NCBI GenBank assembly: GCA_046290225.1
Contig: JBKAGE010000075.1
Span: 224,001-288,000, forward strand
DNA length: 64,000 bases
Source of the DNA: Bradymonadia bacterium
GTDB taxonomy: Bacteria > Myxococcota_A > Bradymonadia > UBA7976 > UBA1532
Direction of reading: 5' to 3'
The number at the start of each line of letters is the position of its first letter. The stretch's first letter is position 1. Made by a program: the position numbers and the translations under genes. Of this stretch, positions 17,774 through 26,825 are shown piece by piece. Below the pieces are notes generated by a model, which had not been told where the DNA came from, did no database searches, and saw only the letters and a list, made by a program, of their open reading frames with translations.

Positions 17774-19204
17774 TTAGCCGCCGATGAGGGAGAGGGCGGC
17801 CTGGGGTGCCTGGTTGGCCTGCGCCAGAATCGAGGTGCTCGCCTGCTGGAGGATCTGGTTCCGAGTCATCATGGCCGACTCAGAGGCGAAGTCGGCGTCC
17901 ATGATGCGGCTGCGAGAAGACGACAGGTTCTCGGAGATGGCCGACAGGTTGGCGATGGTGCTCTCGAACCTGTTCTGCAGGGCGCCGAGGCTGGACCGGG
18001 TGCTGCTCACCTGCTCCAGGGCGCGGTCCACCACGTCGATGGTGCGGTTCGCTGCCTCTCGAGTGAGCACATTGGTCGTCGACACCGAGTTCGCCGTGTT
18101 CACCCCGATGATGGAGGCGGCGGCGAAACCGACGCGGTCTGTGTTGTTTCCGGTGATGGAGACCTGGTTGTCACTGCTCAGCTCAAGCTCGGCCAGCGTC
18201 ACCGACGCCCCCGCTGCACCACCGTTCAAGCCCGTGATGTTGCCGCCGTTGCCTACGGTGATGACCTCGATGTTGCGTCCATCCGAGGCTGTGAGTTGCA
18301 GCTGGCTGTTCTGGTCGAGGGAGGCCACGACCCCCGTCTGGTCAGTGACGGCGTTGATTTGTTGGATCAAGGTGTCGCTGGCGTCGTCGGCGTCGAGGGT
18401 GAAGCCGGTGACGATGACCCCGTTGAGCTGGATGTAGTTGTTGGCGTCCAAGGTGCCGCCGGCCACCGCGGTGCCGGAGCTGATCTGAGTCTCCAGGGCT
18501 CGAGCGGTGACGCCGGTGAAGGCGGAGCTGTCGTTGATGGCGCTGGCCTTGGCGATGGCGGAGCTGGTGGCCAGCGAGGTGGACACCGTGTCGTCAGAGG
18601 CCGCCGTGGCGCGGATGCTGGTGGTGTTGATGACCAGATCGTTGGCGGCGAGGGTCTGACTGGACACCGCGTTGGTCTGGGCCACCGCGGCGCGACCCAG
18701 AGCGGTGGCTCGGGAGTCGTTGATGCTCATGCGCAGCCCCTGGCGGCTGTTGGAGCCGAGCTGCACGAAGTTGTCGATGAAGGTGCCGTCGAGGATGTTC
18801 TGGTTGTTGAACGTGGTGGTGTCCCCGATGCGGTTCAGTTCGGAGATGAGCTGCTGGATCTCGTCGTCGATGCTCTGCCGGTCGGTGGCAGTGTTCACGT
18901 CGGAGGCCGCCTGGATGGAGAGCTCGCGCATCCGCTGCAAGATGTTGGTGGTCTCGTCGAGGGCGCCTTCAGCGGTCTGAGCGAGGCTGATGGCGTCGTT
19001 GGTGTTCCGGATCGCCTGGTTCATGCCCCGAATCTGGGCGGTCATCCGGGTGCTGATCGACATACCGGCGGCGTCGTCTTTGGCGCTGTTGATGCGCAGA
19101 CCGCTGGACAACCGCTCGAAGGACCGGTTCAGGCCGTTGGTGCTCTTGAGAAGGCGGCGCTGACCATTGAGGGATGCAACGTTGGTGTTGACGTAGAGAC
19201 CCAT
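17774..19204 (-). CDS. fliC: Flagellin 3 (476 aa)
   Basis: Canonical flagellin motifs (ERLSSGLRINSAKDDAAG, SRIMDADFASE); more diverged central region. Confidence 0.97.
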   Translation of the reverse strand: MGLYVNTNVASLNGQRRLLKSTNGLNRSFERLSSGLRINSAKDDAAGMSISTRMTAQIRGMNQAIRNTNDAISLAQTAEGALDETTNILQRMRELSIQAASDVNTATDRQSIDDEIQQLISELNRIGDTTTFNNQNILDGTFIDNFVQLGSNSRQGLRMSINDSRATALGRAAVAQTNAVSSQTLAANDLVINTTSIRATAASDDTVSTSLATSSAIAKASAINDSSAFTGVTARALETQISSGTAVAGGTLDANNYIQLNGVIVTGFTLDADDASDTLIQQINAVTDQTGVVASLDQNSQLQLTASDGRNIEVITVGNGGNITGLNGGAAGASVTLAELELSSDNQVSITGNNTDRVGFAAASIIGVNTANSVSTTNVLTREAANRTIDVVDRALEQVSSTRSSLGALQNRFESTIANLSAISENLSSSRSRIMDADFASESAMMTRNQILQQASTSILAQANQAPQAALSLIGG

Positions 19205-19206
19205 GA

Positions 19207-19268
19207 TTTCTCTCCTTGAGAAAAACCGCTGAGTCCCGTCAAAGACTCATTGGCCGGCGTCCGTGCCG
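19207..19268 (-). promoter_or_regulatory. CsrA-type GGA hairpins at flagellin 3 leader/RBS
   Basis: mRNA sense TTTCTC-AAGGA-GAGAAA (19207-19223) over the SD, and CGGC-ACGGAC-GCCG (19255-19268). Confidence 0.65.
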
Positions 19269-19365
19269 TAGGTTGGGTGTATTCGATATGGCATTGGCTA
19301 AATGCCAGTGCCTATGTGATGAAATGACTGTTTCTGTTTCTCTCAGTTCGGTCGTTTCATGCACT

Positions 19366-19392
19366 TCATCGTCGGTGATGTTGGATAGGTGA
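19366..19392 (-). promoter_or_regulatory. Sigma28-like promoter for flagellin 3 (probably also flagellin 2)
   Basis: Minus strand TCACC-N14-GACGATGA preceded by an A-tract. Confidence 0.55.
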
Positions 19393-19683
19393 GAACTGTT
19401 TTTGTGTTGGGTGTTCGTTGTGAAATAAGGTGTGAAACAGTTCTGTAATGCGTGTGTTTAACTGTGTGCGATAGGTTGGGTGGTAACCTCGCACGGGTAA
19501 TCTTTGGGGCGCCTTCAAGGGGGGCTGCAAAGCGTCAGCGGTTTGACGTGCAAGCGCCAGAGGCTCAACGAGTGACAAAGGGGGATGGCGGCAAAACGGC
19601 CTGAGCGCTCACTGAGCCACTCTGGCACGCTCCGTGAAGAGTAAGGCGCAGCGACACCGCTCAGACTGGAGAGGAATGCCCTG

Positions 19684-20709
19684 ATGGAGCCGCAACACGC
19701 CAATCACGCAGTGGAAGATGTTGAGCAACTCGGCAAGCTCCTGAACTTTGCCGACGTGTGTACCCAGTCCTTGGAGATAGACACCGTGCTCGCCCGAGCA
19801 TCGGCCACCATCATCGAGTGGGGGCTCGCCGACGCCGTGGGCATCGCCTTTCCCGAAGGCATGCTGGGGTCGGAGCCCGTTCTGCACGTTTCCAGCGGCA
19901 CACCTCTGGTGTCGACCAGCGAGCAGCAGATTCACAGTGGCCTGCTTGAGGGCCTCGTAGAGACCGGGTTGTGCCACGAGCGCCCCGAGCGGTATCGCTG
20001 TGTCCCTGGCCCCAGTCTGACACCCATCCGCGAGGCTGTGCGGCAGGATCAGGCCTTCACGCTGTTTCGGATCACGCTGGGTACGGACGACGTGCACTAC
20101 GCCACGTTGACCCTCTATGGGTTCCAGGACTGGATCCTGTCACCTCGATCCATCCGCTTGATCAAGCGGGCCGCCATGTTTCTGGGCCGAGCCCTGCAGA
20201 ACGCGCTGTGCCTGATCGACCTCGAGCGCTCCACCACCGAGGATCACCTCACGGGGGCGCTCAACCGCCGCGGGTACGAGCGCTCGATCAACCAGGAGTT
20301 CGAGCGGGCGCGCCGGGCCCGTCGGCACGTGGCGTTGATCTTGATTGACGTCGATCACTTCAAACAGATCAACGACACCCATGGTCACCCGTTGGGGGAC
20401 GAGGTCCTCGTGTCGATCGTCGCGCAGTCCAAAGAGGCGTTGCGGTGCAGTGACATCATCTGCCGGCTCGGCGGCGACGAGTTCGCCATCATCCTGCCCG
20501 AGGTGGGCGCCGAGGTGGCGGCTCAGGTGGCTCGCCGAGTGGCGGAGTCGTGCCAGAGCATCGAGATCGAAGGCACCCACATCACCTTGAGCATGGGGGT
20601 GGCGGCCTTTCAGCCCGACTGGTCGGCGACGCCGGAGTTGTTGCTCGAGGCCGCAGATCAGGCGTTGTACGCCTCAAAACGCAACGGTCGTGCACAGGTC
20701 AGTCTCTGA
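19684..20709 (+). CDS. Diguanylate cyclase (GAF-like + GGDEF)
   Basis: DHLTGALNRR, DVDHFKQINDTHGH..GD, RxxD I-site (RCSD), RLGGDEF, SMGVA and ADQALYASK. Confidence 0.93.
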   Translation: MEPQHANHAVEDVEQLGKLLNFADVCTQSLEIDTVLARASATIIEWGLADAVGIAFPEGMLGSEPVLHVSSGTPLVSTSEQQIHSGLLEGLVETGLCHERPERYRCVPGPSLTPIREAVRQDQAFTLFRITLGTDDVHYATLTLYGFQDWILSPRSIRLIKRAAMFLGRALQNALCLIDLERSTTEDHLTGALNRRGYERSINQEFERARRARRHVALILIDVDHFKQINDTHGHPLGDEVLVSIVAQSKEALRCSDIICRLGGDEFAIILPEVGAEVAAQVARRVAESCQSIEIEGTHITLSMGVAAFQPDWSATPELLLEAADQALYASKRNGRAQVSL

Positions 20710-20772
20710 TTCTTGAACCACTCGCCATCCGCCCCCTAATATCGCCCTCCAGCGCACAGCGTGGAGAAAGAT

Positions 20773-22236
20773 ATGCGATCTCGGGTGCTCAGCACATGTT
20801 TGGCCATCAGCGGTTTGTTGGTGGGATGTGGTGGTGATGACAGTGGTGGTGACGAGCAGGGTCCGCCGGATGCTTTCGTCGGCGGTGGCGCCGGCGGAGG
20901 AGAGGGCGGCGCCGGTGGCGGTGGCGAAGGTGGAATGGCCGGAGGCGGCGGCGGTGAAGAGCGCGTCCGTATGTCGTTCGTCCGCCGAATCGAGCCTCGA
21001 GACGGGGGCAGCCTCACCAATGACCTCGTGGTCTTCGACATCCAGGATGGCGTAGAGCACAACCTCACCGCAGGCCTCGATGGCGAGGTGGACTGTGGCG
21101 CCCGCCTCTGCGCCCTCAACGCCTCCATGACCACCCTGGGCTGGCTGCAGCGGGGTGACTCCGGTCGCTTCTCTCTCTTTGTGGCCCCTGTGGAGGTCAC
21201 CTCCAACGTCGAAGACATGCGCGTGCTCATCGATCAGAAGCGCGAGGTCGACACCGACGTGATCTCCTTCGCCTTCACCGGTGACGATGTCGTGGGTGAT
21301 CTGGTGGTCTACAGCCGCGGCACTGCCGCAGGCGCTCAGGATCTGCTCGATGTGATCGCCGTACCTGTGACCGGCGAAGACGAGGCGGCTTGTCCGAGCA
21401 TTGAAGAGCCTTACAAGTGCAAGCAGATCGTCGGCAGCGTGAACGTCAACGGCGGCTTCAAGGTGGGCTCCCGGGGTCGGGTGGTCATTCGGGCCACCAC
21501 TGATCTCTCGTCGATGACCATCGGTTTCACCAACCTGGTCACCGGCGCACAGCAGGACCTCTACATCTTCGGTGAAATGGGGGGCACCGGCTCGATGTTC
21601 TCCGGCACCCTGCCCATCGGCCTCTCTCCTGATGGCTCCTACCTTGCGGTCTTCACCGACAGCAACTTCATGTGGCGCATGAACATCCTGCAGGTGGTGC
21701 CCAACCCGCCGCCGCCCGAGGTGATCGATCTCTTCGAGAGCCCCACCAACCCCGACGGCACGTGTGCACGTCAGGCGCCCTTCAACTTCAACCAGGTGCG
21801 TTTCGACCCCCGCTTCACCGCCAATGGGGAGCAGATGTTCTTCCTGGCGACGGGCGATTGCTCCATCCGGAACACCGCTGGGGCCAGCCGCGACGACTTC
21901 GACATTCTCTCCGTCGATCCCTCGACCCCGAGCACCGATGCCATCGCCAACATCACCAACAACCCCCGGGCCAACCACTGGAGCAACCACTCGATTCAGT
22001 ACTACGACCTGTCGCCCGACGGCTCCCAGGTGGCCTTCATCGCCCCCCGGGAGTTCGACATTCAGAGTCACTCGATTTGGGTGATGGACGTAGAGAGCGG
22101 TGAGTTCGATTGCACACAGGGCACCTCCTCACCGGGCATCGATGGCCGAGATCGTTGCGAGTTCGTCAGCGGCGAGGTTCAGAACGCTTCAGTGAAGCAT
22201 CGCAACCTGCAGTATCACACCGTCACGGCCCGCTGA
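20773..22236 (+). CDS. Lipoprotein with Gly-rich linker and TolB-like beta-propeller
   Basis: Lipobox LLVGC, poly-Gly linker, and SPDGSYLAV / PRFTANGEQMFF / LSPDGSQVAF repeats. Confidence 0.75.
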   Translation: MRSRVLSTCLAISGLLVGCGGDDSGGDEQGPPDAFVGGGAGGGEGGAGGGGEGGMAGGGGGEERVRMSFVRRIEPRDGGSLTNDLVVFDIQDGVEHNLTAGLDGEVDCGARLCALNASMTTLGWLQRGDSGRFSLFVAPVEVTSNVEDMRVLIDQKREVDTDVISFAFTGDDVVGDLVVYSRGTAAGAQDLLDVIAVPVTGEDEAACPSIEEPYKCKQIVGSVNVNGGFKVGSRGRVVIRATTDLSSMTIGFTNLVTGAQQDLYIFGEMGGTGSMFSGTLPIGLSPDGSYLAVFTDSNFMWRMNILQVVPNPPPPEVIDLFESPTNPDGTCARQAPFNFNQVRFDPRFTANGEQMFFLATGDCSIRNTAGASRDDFDILSVDPSTPSTDAIANITNNPRANHWSNHSIQYYDLSPDGSQVAFIAPREFDIQSHSIWVMDVESGEFDCTQGTSSPGIDGRDRCEFVSGEVQNASVKHRNLQYHTVTAR

Positions 22237-22990
22237 GCGGTAGATCGAAGCTGACGCCTGTCGGCTGACCCTCAGCTGAGGCGCCCTCGATGAAGGGCCC
22301 TCGAGCCCAGCCCTCCAAAAGACGCCGAGCGACGTAGAGCCCGAGACCGTGCCCTGGGGCATGGGTCAACCTGAGGCCCATCTCAAAGGCCCGCTCATGA
22401 TCCTCAGAGGGGATCCCTGGTCCATCATCCCAGACTGTGAGTCGACACCATCCAGGCTCGCCTGTGGTGTCGAAGGTGATGCGCACAGGTGGGGCACCGT
22501 GCACCACCGCATTCTTCAGGATGGCGTTCAGGGCCGCGAGCGCTCGCTCAGGCGCAATCCGAACATGCACGTCAGAGAGGGGCGCTGGTTCGATCGGGTG
22601 CTCAGGGTGAGCCTTCCGTAGAGACTTCAGCGCCTGTCGGGCGAGCATCTCAACGGGGTGTGTGCTCAGCCGTGGCGAATGCCGCGCATCTCTGAGCAGC
22701 AACAAGCTCATGGCCACGAGATCGTCGATGCGATCGATGGCACCAGAAATGCGATCGAGGCTATCCTTGGCCTCACCTGTCTCTGGATCACCGAGCAAAT
22801 CGGAGAGCTCATCCCGATCACAATCGATCGATCTCAGCCGAGCCCGCAAATCATGAGACAGGAGAGATGAGAGCTGCCCGATCTCCTGCTCCGTGGAGAT
22901 GAGTCGTACACGCAAGCCTTCGTAAGCCTTGCGAAGCGCATCTACATCATCTGGAGGGGGAGGTGGTGGCGGGGGTGGGGTGTAGGGCAA
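22223..22990 (-). CDS. Cytoplasmic histidine kinase (HisKA + HATPase, no sensor domain)
   Basis: SHDLR H-box, NAVVHG N-box, DDGPG G1 and GHGLGL G2; poly-Pro N-terminus; TTG start. Confidence 0.8.
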   Translation of the reverse strand: MPYTPPPPPPPPPDDVDALRKAYEGLRVRLISTEQEIGQLSSLLSHDLRARLRSIDCDRDELSDLLGDPETGEAKDSLDRISGAIDRIDDLVAMSLLLLRDARHSPRLSTHPVEMLARQALKSLRKAHPEHPIEPAPLSDVHVRIAPERALAALNAILKNAVVHGAPPVRITFDTTGEPGWCRLTVWDDGPGIPSEDHERAFEMGLRLTHAPGHGLGLYVARRLLEGWARGPFIEGASAEGQPTGVSFDLPLSGP

Positions 22991-23034
22991 TGGTCGTGGT
23001 TGGAAAAAGAGGAGAGCCCAGAGGGCTCAAATGC

Positions 23035-23220
23035 TCATGCCTCGTCGTCGTCGGGCTCGTTGATCGAGGGGTACTTGCTGATCTCCTTGCGGGCGATCTT
23101 CCAGGCTTTCTGCACGATCCAGGACAGCGAACGGTCCTGGCGAGCGGCTTCAGCCTGGATTTCCTTGAGCATTTCCTCGGGGAAGTAAAGGCTCTGCTTA
23201 CGCTTATCTGAACCCCCCAT
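23035..23220 (-). CDS. MXAN_4361/MXAN_4362-family small ribbon-helix-helix-like protein (TIGR04563-type)
   Basis: SDKRKQSLYFPEEMLKEIQAEAARQDRSLSWIVQKAWKIAR is recognised from memory as the myxobacterial small-protein family; GAGGAG SD. Confidence 0.85.
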   Translation of the reverse strand: MGGSDKRKQSLYFPEEMLKEIQAEAARQDRSLSWIVQKAWKIARKEISKYPSINEPDDDEA

Positions 23221-23435
23221 GTGCTCCTCTCTATGGTGTGTGGGTGGTGGTTTTTATCTGCCCGCGGTCATCCCGTGAGCAATCGATGTCCTAGTCTGAC
23301 CACAATTGGCCGCTCGGCTCAACTTTTTATGAGATCGAAGGGCGAACAGGTGGGGATTTCGACGGTCCGGGCGGCGAGAGGTTTCGCGTGGTTGAGCCGT
23401 CGTGGCGCCTCGGCAGAGGGGAACGACCGCGTGTG

Positions 23436-24710
23436 TTATTGCGGCTTCACGAAGTTCAGGCGGCCGAACCGCTTGAGGGCGTGAAAGTCGGGTACGATGG
23501 GCGGAGAGAAGGCCGAGGCCACCTGCCGACCGCTCTTGGGCTTGTCCCACCGGAACAGGTTCACCCGCCAGTGCTGACCATGGGCGAGGGGATTCATGGC
23601 CCCAGGGACCTCGGCGATGGGGATGGCCATCTCCACCGAGTAACTGCGATCGCGATCGTCTCGCTTGTTGACGGTGCCGTCCACGTGCACGGCGGTCTCG
23701 AAGCCCTTCATGTTCCAGGCCCGGGCTGTGGCGAGATCGCTCCGGTGACGGGCGAACCGGGCGTCGAATACGACGTTGGCAGGGGTGACCTGCAACTCGA
23801 GGTAGTCCTTGGCGTCGCCGTCGGCGTCGATGAACAGCTCGATGACTTCCTGCTCCCAGGTGTTGCTGTCGCGATCGGTGAAGTCGCTCCACACATCTTC
23901 ATCTTCGGCAAAGACGCCGACGTAGAGGTGAGTGTCACTCCAGAGGAATCGCGCCCGGGTCTTGGGCGAGGGCGCGCCCCGGCCTCGAGGATCGGTCCAG
24001 TAAGGGGTCCAGACCGCTCGGGACCAGGCGGCCTCGTTCATCTGCCCGTCGAGGGTGATGGTCTCACCGGGGTTCAGCGCCGTGGCAGAGGCCGAGGGGA
24101 GCTTAGGTTTGGCCCGGGGATCACCCTTGATCTTCACCTTGGCGCCGAGGACTCGGCCTTCCTTGTCGTGGGGCACCGCGTCGATGTTGGAGATCTTGAG
24201 CCGGTGGTTGCCCCGCCACAGCCCCCAATAGAGGCCTGCATCACCGGGGGTGAAGTCGGGGCGGATGGTGAAGGTCTGCACGTCTTTGACGATTTGACCC
24301 TTCTTGAGCTTGCGCAGTGGCAAGAGCCCCTCGACGGGGTGGTGATCGAGGTTCATCCACGCCTGAGAGTCGTTCGGGCGCCCCTGCAAGTGCACGAAGA
24401 GCATGTTGTCTTCACGACCATCCACCAGGGCCTCGATGTACCAGGTCACCGTCAGCTGATCGCCGGGCTTGAACTCGGTCCGATCGAGGTCGAGGCCGAT
24501 GAGCTTCACCTGATCTTCGATGATGGCGCCGATGGGGAATTTGGGCGTTGGCGCTTCGGAGAGCAGGTGGGCGTCGACCTTCTTCTGCTGTGCAGGGGTG
24601 ATGGTGGCCTCAAGGTGCTCCGAGCAGCCCGAGGTCATGAGCGCCCCAGCCCCTGTCACGAGAGAGCCGATGAGCAGGCCACGGGTGAAGAGAGGCGAAA
24701 GACCGACCAT
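23436..24710 (-). CDS. Lipoprotein with carbohydrate-binding family 9 (DOMON-like) domain
   Basis: Lipobox MTSGC; ITLDGQMNEAAW, T.ARFLWSD..LYV, WEQEVIELFID, YLELQVTP and WRVNLFR..FH...FG motifs. Confidence 0.8.
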   Translation of the reverse strand: MVGLSPLFTRGLLIGSLVTGAGALMTSGCSEHLEATITPAQQKKVDAHLLSEAPTPKFPIGAIIEDQVKLIGLDLDRTEFKPGDQLTVTWYIEALVDGREDNMLFVHLQGRPNDSQAWMNLDHHPVEGLLPLRKLKKGQIVKDVQTFTIRPDFTPGDAGLYWGLWRGNHRLKISNIDAVPHDKEGRVLGAKVKIKGDPRAKPKLPSASATALNPGETITLDGQMNEAAWSRAVWTPYWTDPRGRGAPSPKTRARFLWSDTHLYVGVFAEDEDVWSDFTDRDSNTWEQEVIELFIDADGDAKDYLELQVTPANVVFDARFARHRSDLATARAWNMKGFETAVHVDGTVNKRDDRDRSYSVEMAIPIAEVPGAMNPLAHGQHWRVNLFRWDKPKSGRQVASAFSPPIVPDFHALKRFGRLNFVKPQ

Positions 24711-24791
24711 GTGATGTTCTCCGATGGGCCCCGGTGGTACGGGCACGGGACTGTAGTCTCATGTGAGACAGGGGTGCAAGAGTTTGCACAC

Positions 24792-25403
24792 TCACGGCAC
24801 GGGGAGTGGCCGGGCGCCCTCGACGTGGAAGACGAGCTCCATCTGCTCGGTGTGGGGGTCCTGTCGCAGCTCGATGCGGTGATTCAGCTCGGACCAGACT
24901 TCTCCGCTGTATCTCGGGTGGTCGAGGGCCTTGCCATCTTGCAGCTTTGCCCGAGCGGCCTCGAAGAGTGCATCTCGGCGTACGGGGTGGCTGTATCGAG
25001 GATCGAGGTGCAGCGTGATCGACCGTACGCGGCGGGCGTCATCGATCAGATAAGTCACCAGAGGGAACGCCCCACCAGGATAGCGGCCCTGCAAGATGCG
25101 ACTGCTCACTGGTGAGCGGGTGATCTCGCGATGTCCGTCGGTGACGGCGGAGACCGGATCGCCGGGCCGGGCCACTGCCGGTGGGGGCGGGTTGGGCAGG
25201 CTCTTGAAGATCTCCGTTGGGCTCTGGGGCACATCCTGGGGTGGGGCGGCGTCTGGTGGCCCTGCGTCGAGGCTCTTCTTCTTCGCCGCCTCGGCCTCGG
25301 GCTCATCGCTGCAGCCTGCAACGAGAGCCATCAGGGCCACCAGAGCAAGGAGGAGCACGTTGCGTCGGGTGGACCCTGGACCTATGCTCAGCGGCCCCCG
25401 CAC
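24792..25403 (-). CDS. Hypothetical lipoprotein (possible Tat signal); start uncertain
   Basis: STRRNVLLLALVALMALVAGC lipoprotein signal followed by a Pro-rich linker and small globular domain; alternative GTG start at 25358. Confidence 0.6.
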   Translation of the reverse strand: MRGPLSIGPGSTRRNVLLLALVALMALVAGCSDEPEAEAAKKKSLDAGPPDAAPPQDVPQSPTEIFKSLPNPPPPAVARPGDPVSAVTDGHREITRSPVSSRILQGRYPGGAFPLVTYLIDDARRVRSITLHLDPRYSHPVRRDALFEAARAKLQDGKALDHPRYSGEVWSELNHRIELRQDPHTEQMELVFHVEGARPLPVP

Positions 25404-25430
25404 CAGCGCTCGCGGGGAGGAGGAAGCCAG

Positions 25431-26825
25431 ATGTCGGATCGCATACATTTCATCGGGATCGGGGGCATCGGGGTCAGCGCCGTGGCCCGCGTGCTGCACC
25501 AGCAGGGTCACAGCGTCCAAGGGTCCGACGTCCGGGAGAGCCAGCTCACAGAGGGCCTCAGGGCCTTGGGGATCCCCGTGACCATCGGCCATGCCCGGGA
25601 GAACATCGAGGGGGCCTCGGTGGTGGTGCACTCCACAGCGGTGCCTCAGGACAACCTCGAGCGGGTGGCCGCTCGGGAGACCGGCGTGCCCGAGGCACAC
25701 CGCAGCGAGATGCTCGGCAAGTGCATCGGCGCCGCCGCAGACTCCGTGGGTGTCACAGGGACGCATGGCAAGGGCACCGTTTCGGCCATGATCACCCACG
25801 GACTGATCTGTGCTGGCAAAGACCCGACCTTCGTCATTGGTGGCCTGCTCAACAATTACCGGACGAACGCCCGCGCCGGAGAGGGCCCCGTCGCCGTCGC
25901 CGAAGTCGACGAGAGTGATCGCAGTCACCTGAACCTCACGCCCAATCATGTGGTGGTCAACAACCTCGAAGTCGATCACCTCAACTTCTATTCTGATCTC
26001 GATGACATCATCGGCACGATGGCCCGTTTCATCGAAGGGAATCCGCACCTGCAGACGCTGGCGCTCAACTGGGATGACACCGGTGTGCGTCAGCTGGCGA
26101 GTCGCCTGAGCCCCGAGTTGAAGGCGCGGGTGCTGCGCTATGGCACTGATCTGGTCGACGCCGAGGGGGCAGAACTGCACTTCGCCGCCCGTTCGGTGGA
26201 AGACCTGGGTGACAGGGTCAGGTTCGAGGCGTGGGCGCACAATGAGCGCCTCGGCGAGATTACGTTGCCGATCCCCGGAGCCTACAACGCGGACAACGCC
26301 GCTGGTGCCCTGGCCATCACCCTCGGCGCCCTGGGCCTGAGCTTCGAGCAGATGCAGCAGGCCCTCGACACCTATCAGGGCCTGGAGAACCGCTTCACGG
26401 TGCGCCGAGCCGGCGGCCTCACCCTCGTCAAGGACTACATCTCTCACCCCACGGGCATGCGCCGAGTGCTGCAGAGCGCCCGGAAGATCCCCCACGGCAA
26501 GGTGTGGTGTGTCTTCAAGCCCTACCGGTTCACGCTGATGCGCTACCACGGTGAGGAGTACGCCGAGGCTTTCACCCTCGCCGACGATGTGGTGATCACC
26601 ACGATGTACGCCGCGGAGGAGCGCCCCATCGACGGCATCGACACTGAGTGGTTTGTCGACGTGCTCCGAAAGGGTGGCAACACCGTGCATCACGTGCCCG
26701 AAAACGATCAGGTGGTGGGACATCTCACCGGTCGTGTGCAGCCCGGAGACATGGTGATCTTCTTCGGTGGCGACGATTTCTTCCGCATGGCCGACGCCTG
26801 GGCCGATGCCCTGGAGGCGCGGTGA
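25431..26825 (+). CDS. murC: UDP-N-acetylmuramate--L-alanine ligase (MurC family)
   Basis: IHFIGIGGIGVSAVA, VQGSD, GTHGKGTVS, EVDESDRS, NLEVDHL, RF and DYISHPT; start ATG 25431 after GGAGGA. Confidence 0.88.
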   Translation: MSDRIHFIGIGGIGVSAVARVLHQQGHSVQGSDVRESQLTEGLRALGIPVTIGHARENIEGASVVVHSTAVPQDNLERVAARETGVPEAHRSEMLGKCIGAAADSVGVTGTHGKGTVSAMITHGLICAGKDPTFVIGGLLNNYRTNARAGEGPVAVAEVDESDRSHLNLTPNHVVVNNLEVDHLNFYSDLDDIIGTMARFIEGNPHLQTLALNWDDTGVRQLASRLSPELKARVLRYGTDLVDAEGAELHFAARSVEDLGDRVRFEAWAHNERLGEITLPIPGAYNADNAAGALAITLGALGLSFEQMQQALDTYQGLENRFTVRRAGGLTLVKDYISHPTGMRRVLQSARKIPHGKVWCVFKPYRFTLMRYHGEEYAEAFTLADDVVITTMYAAEERPIDGIDTEWFVDVLRKGGNTVHHVPENDQVVGHLTGRVQPGDMVIFFGGDDFFRMADAWADALEAR

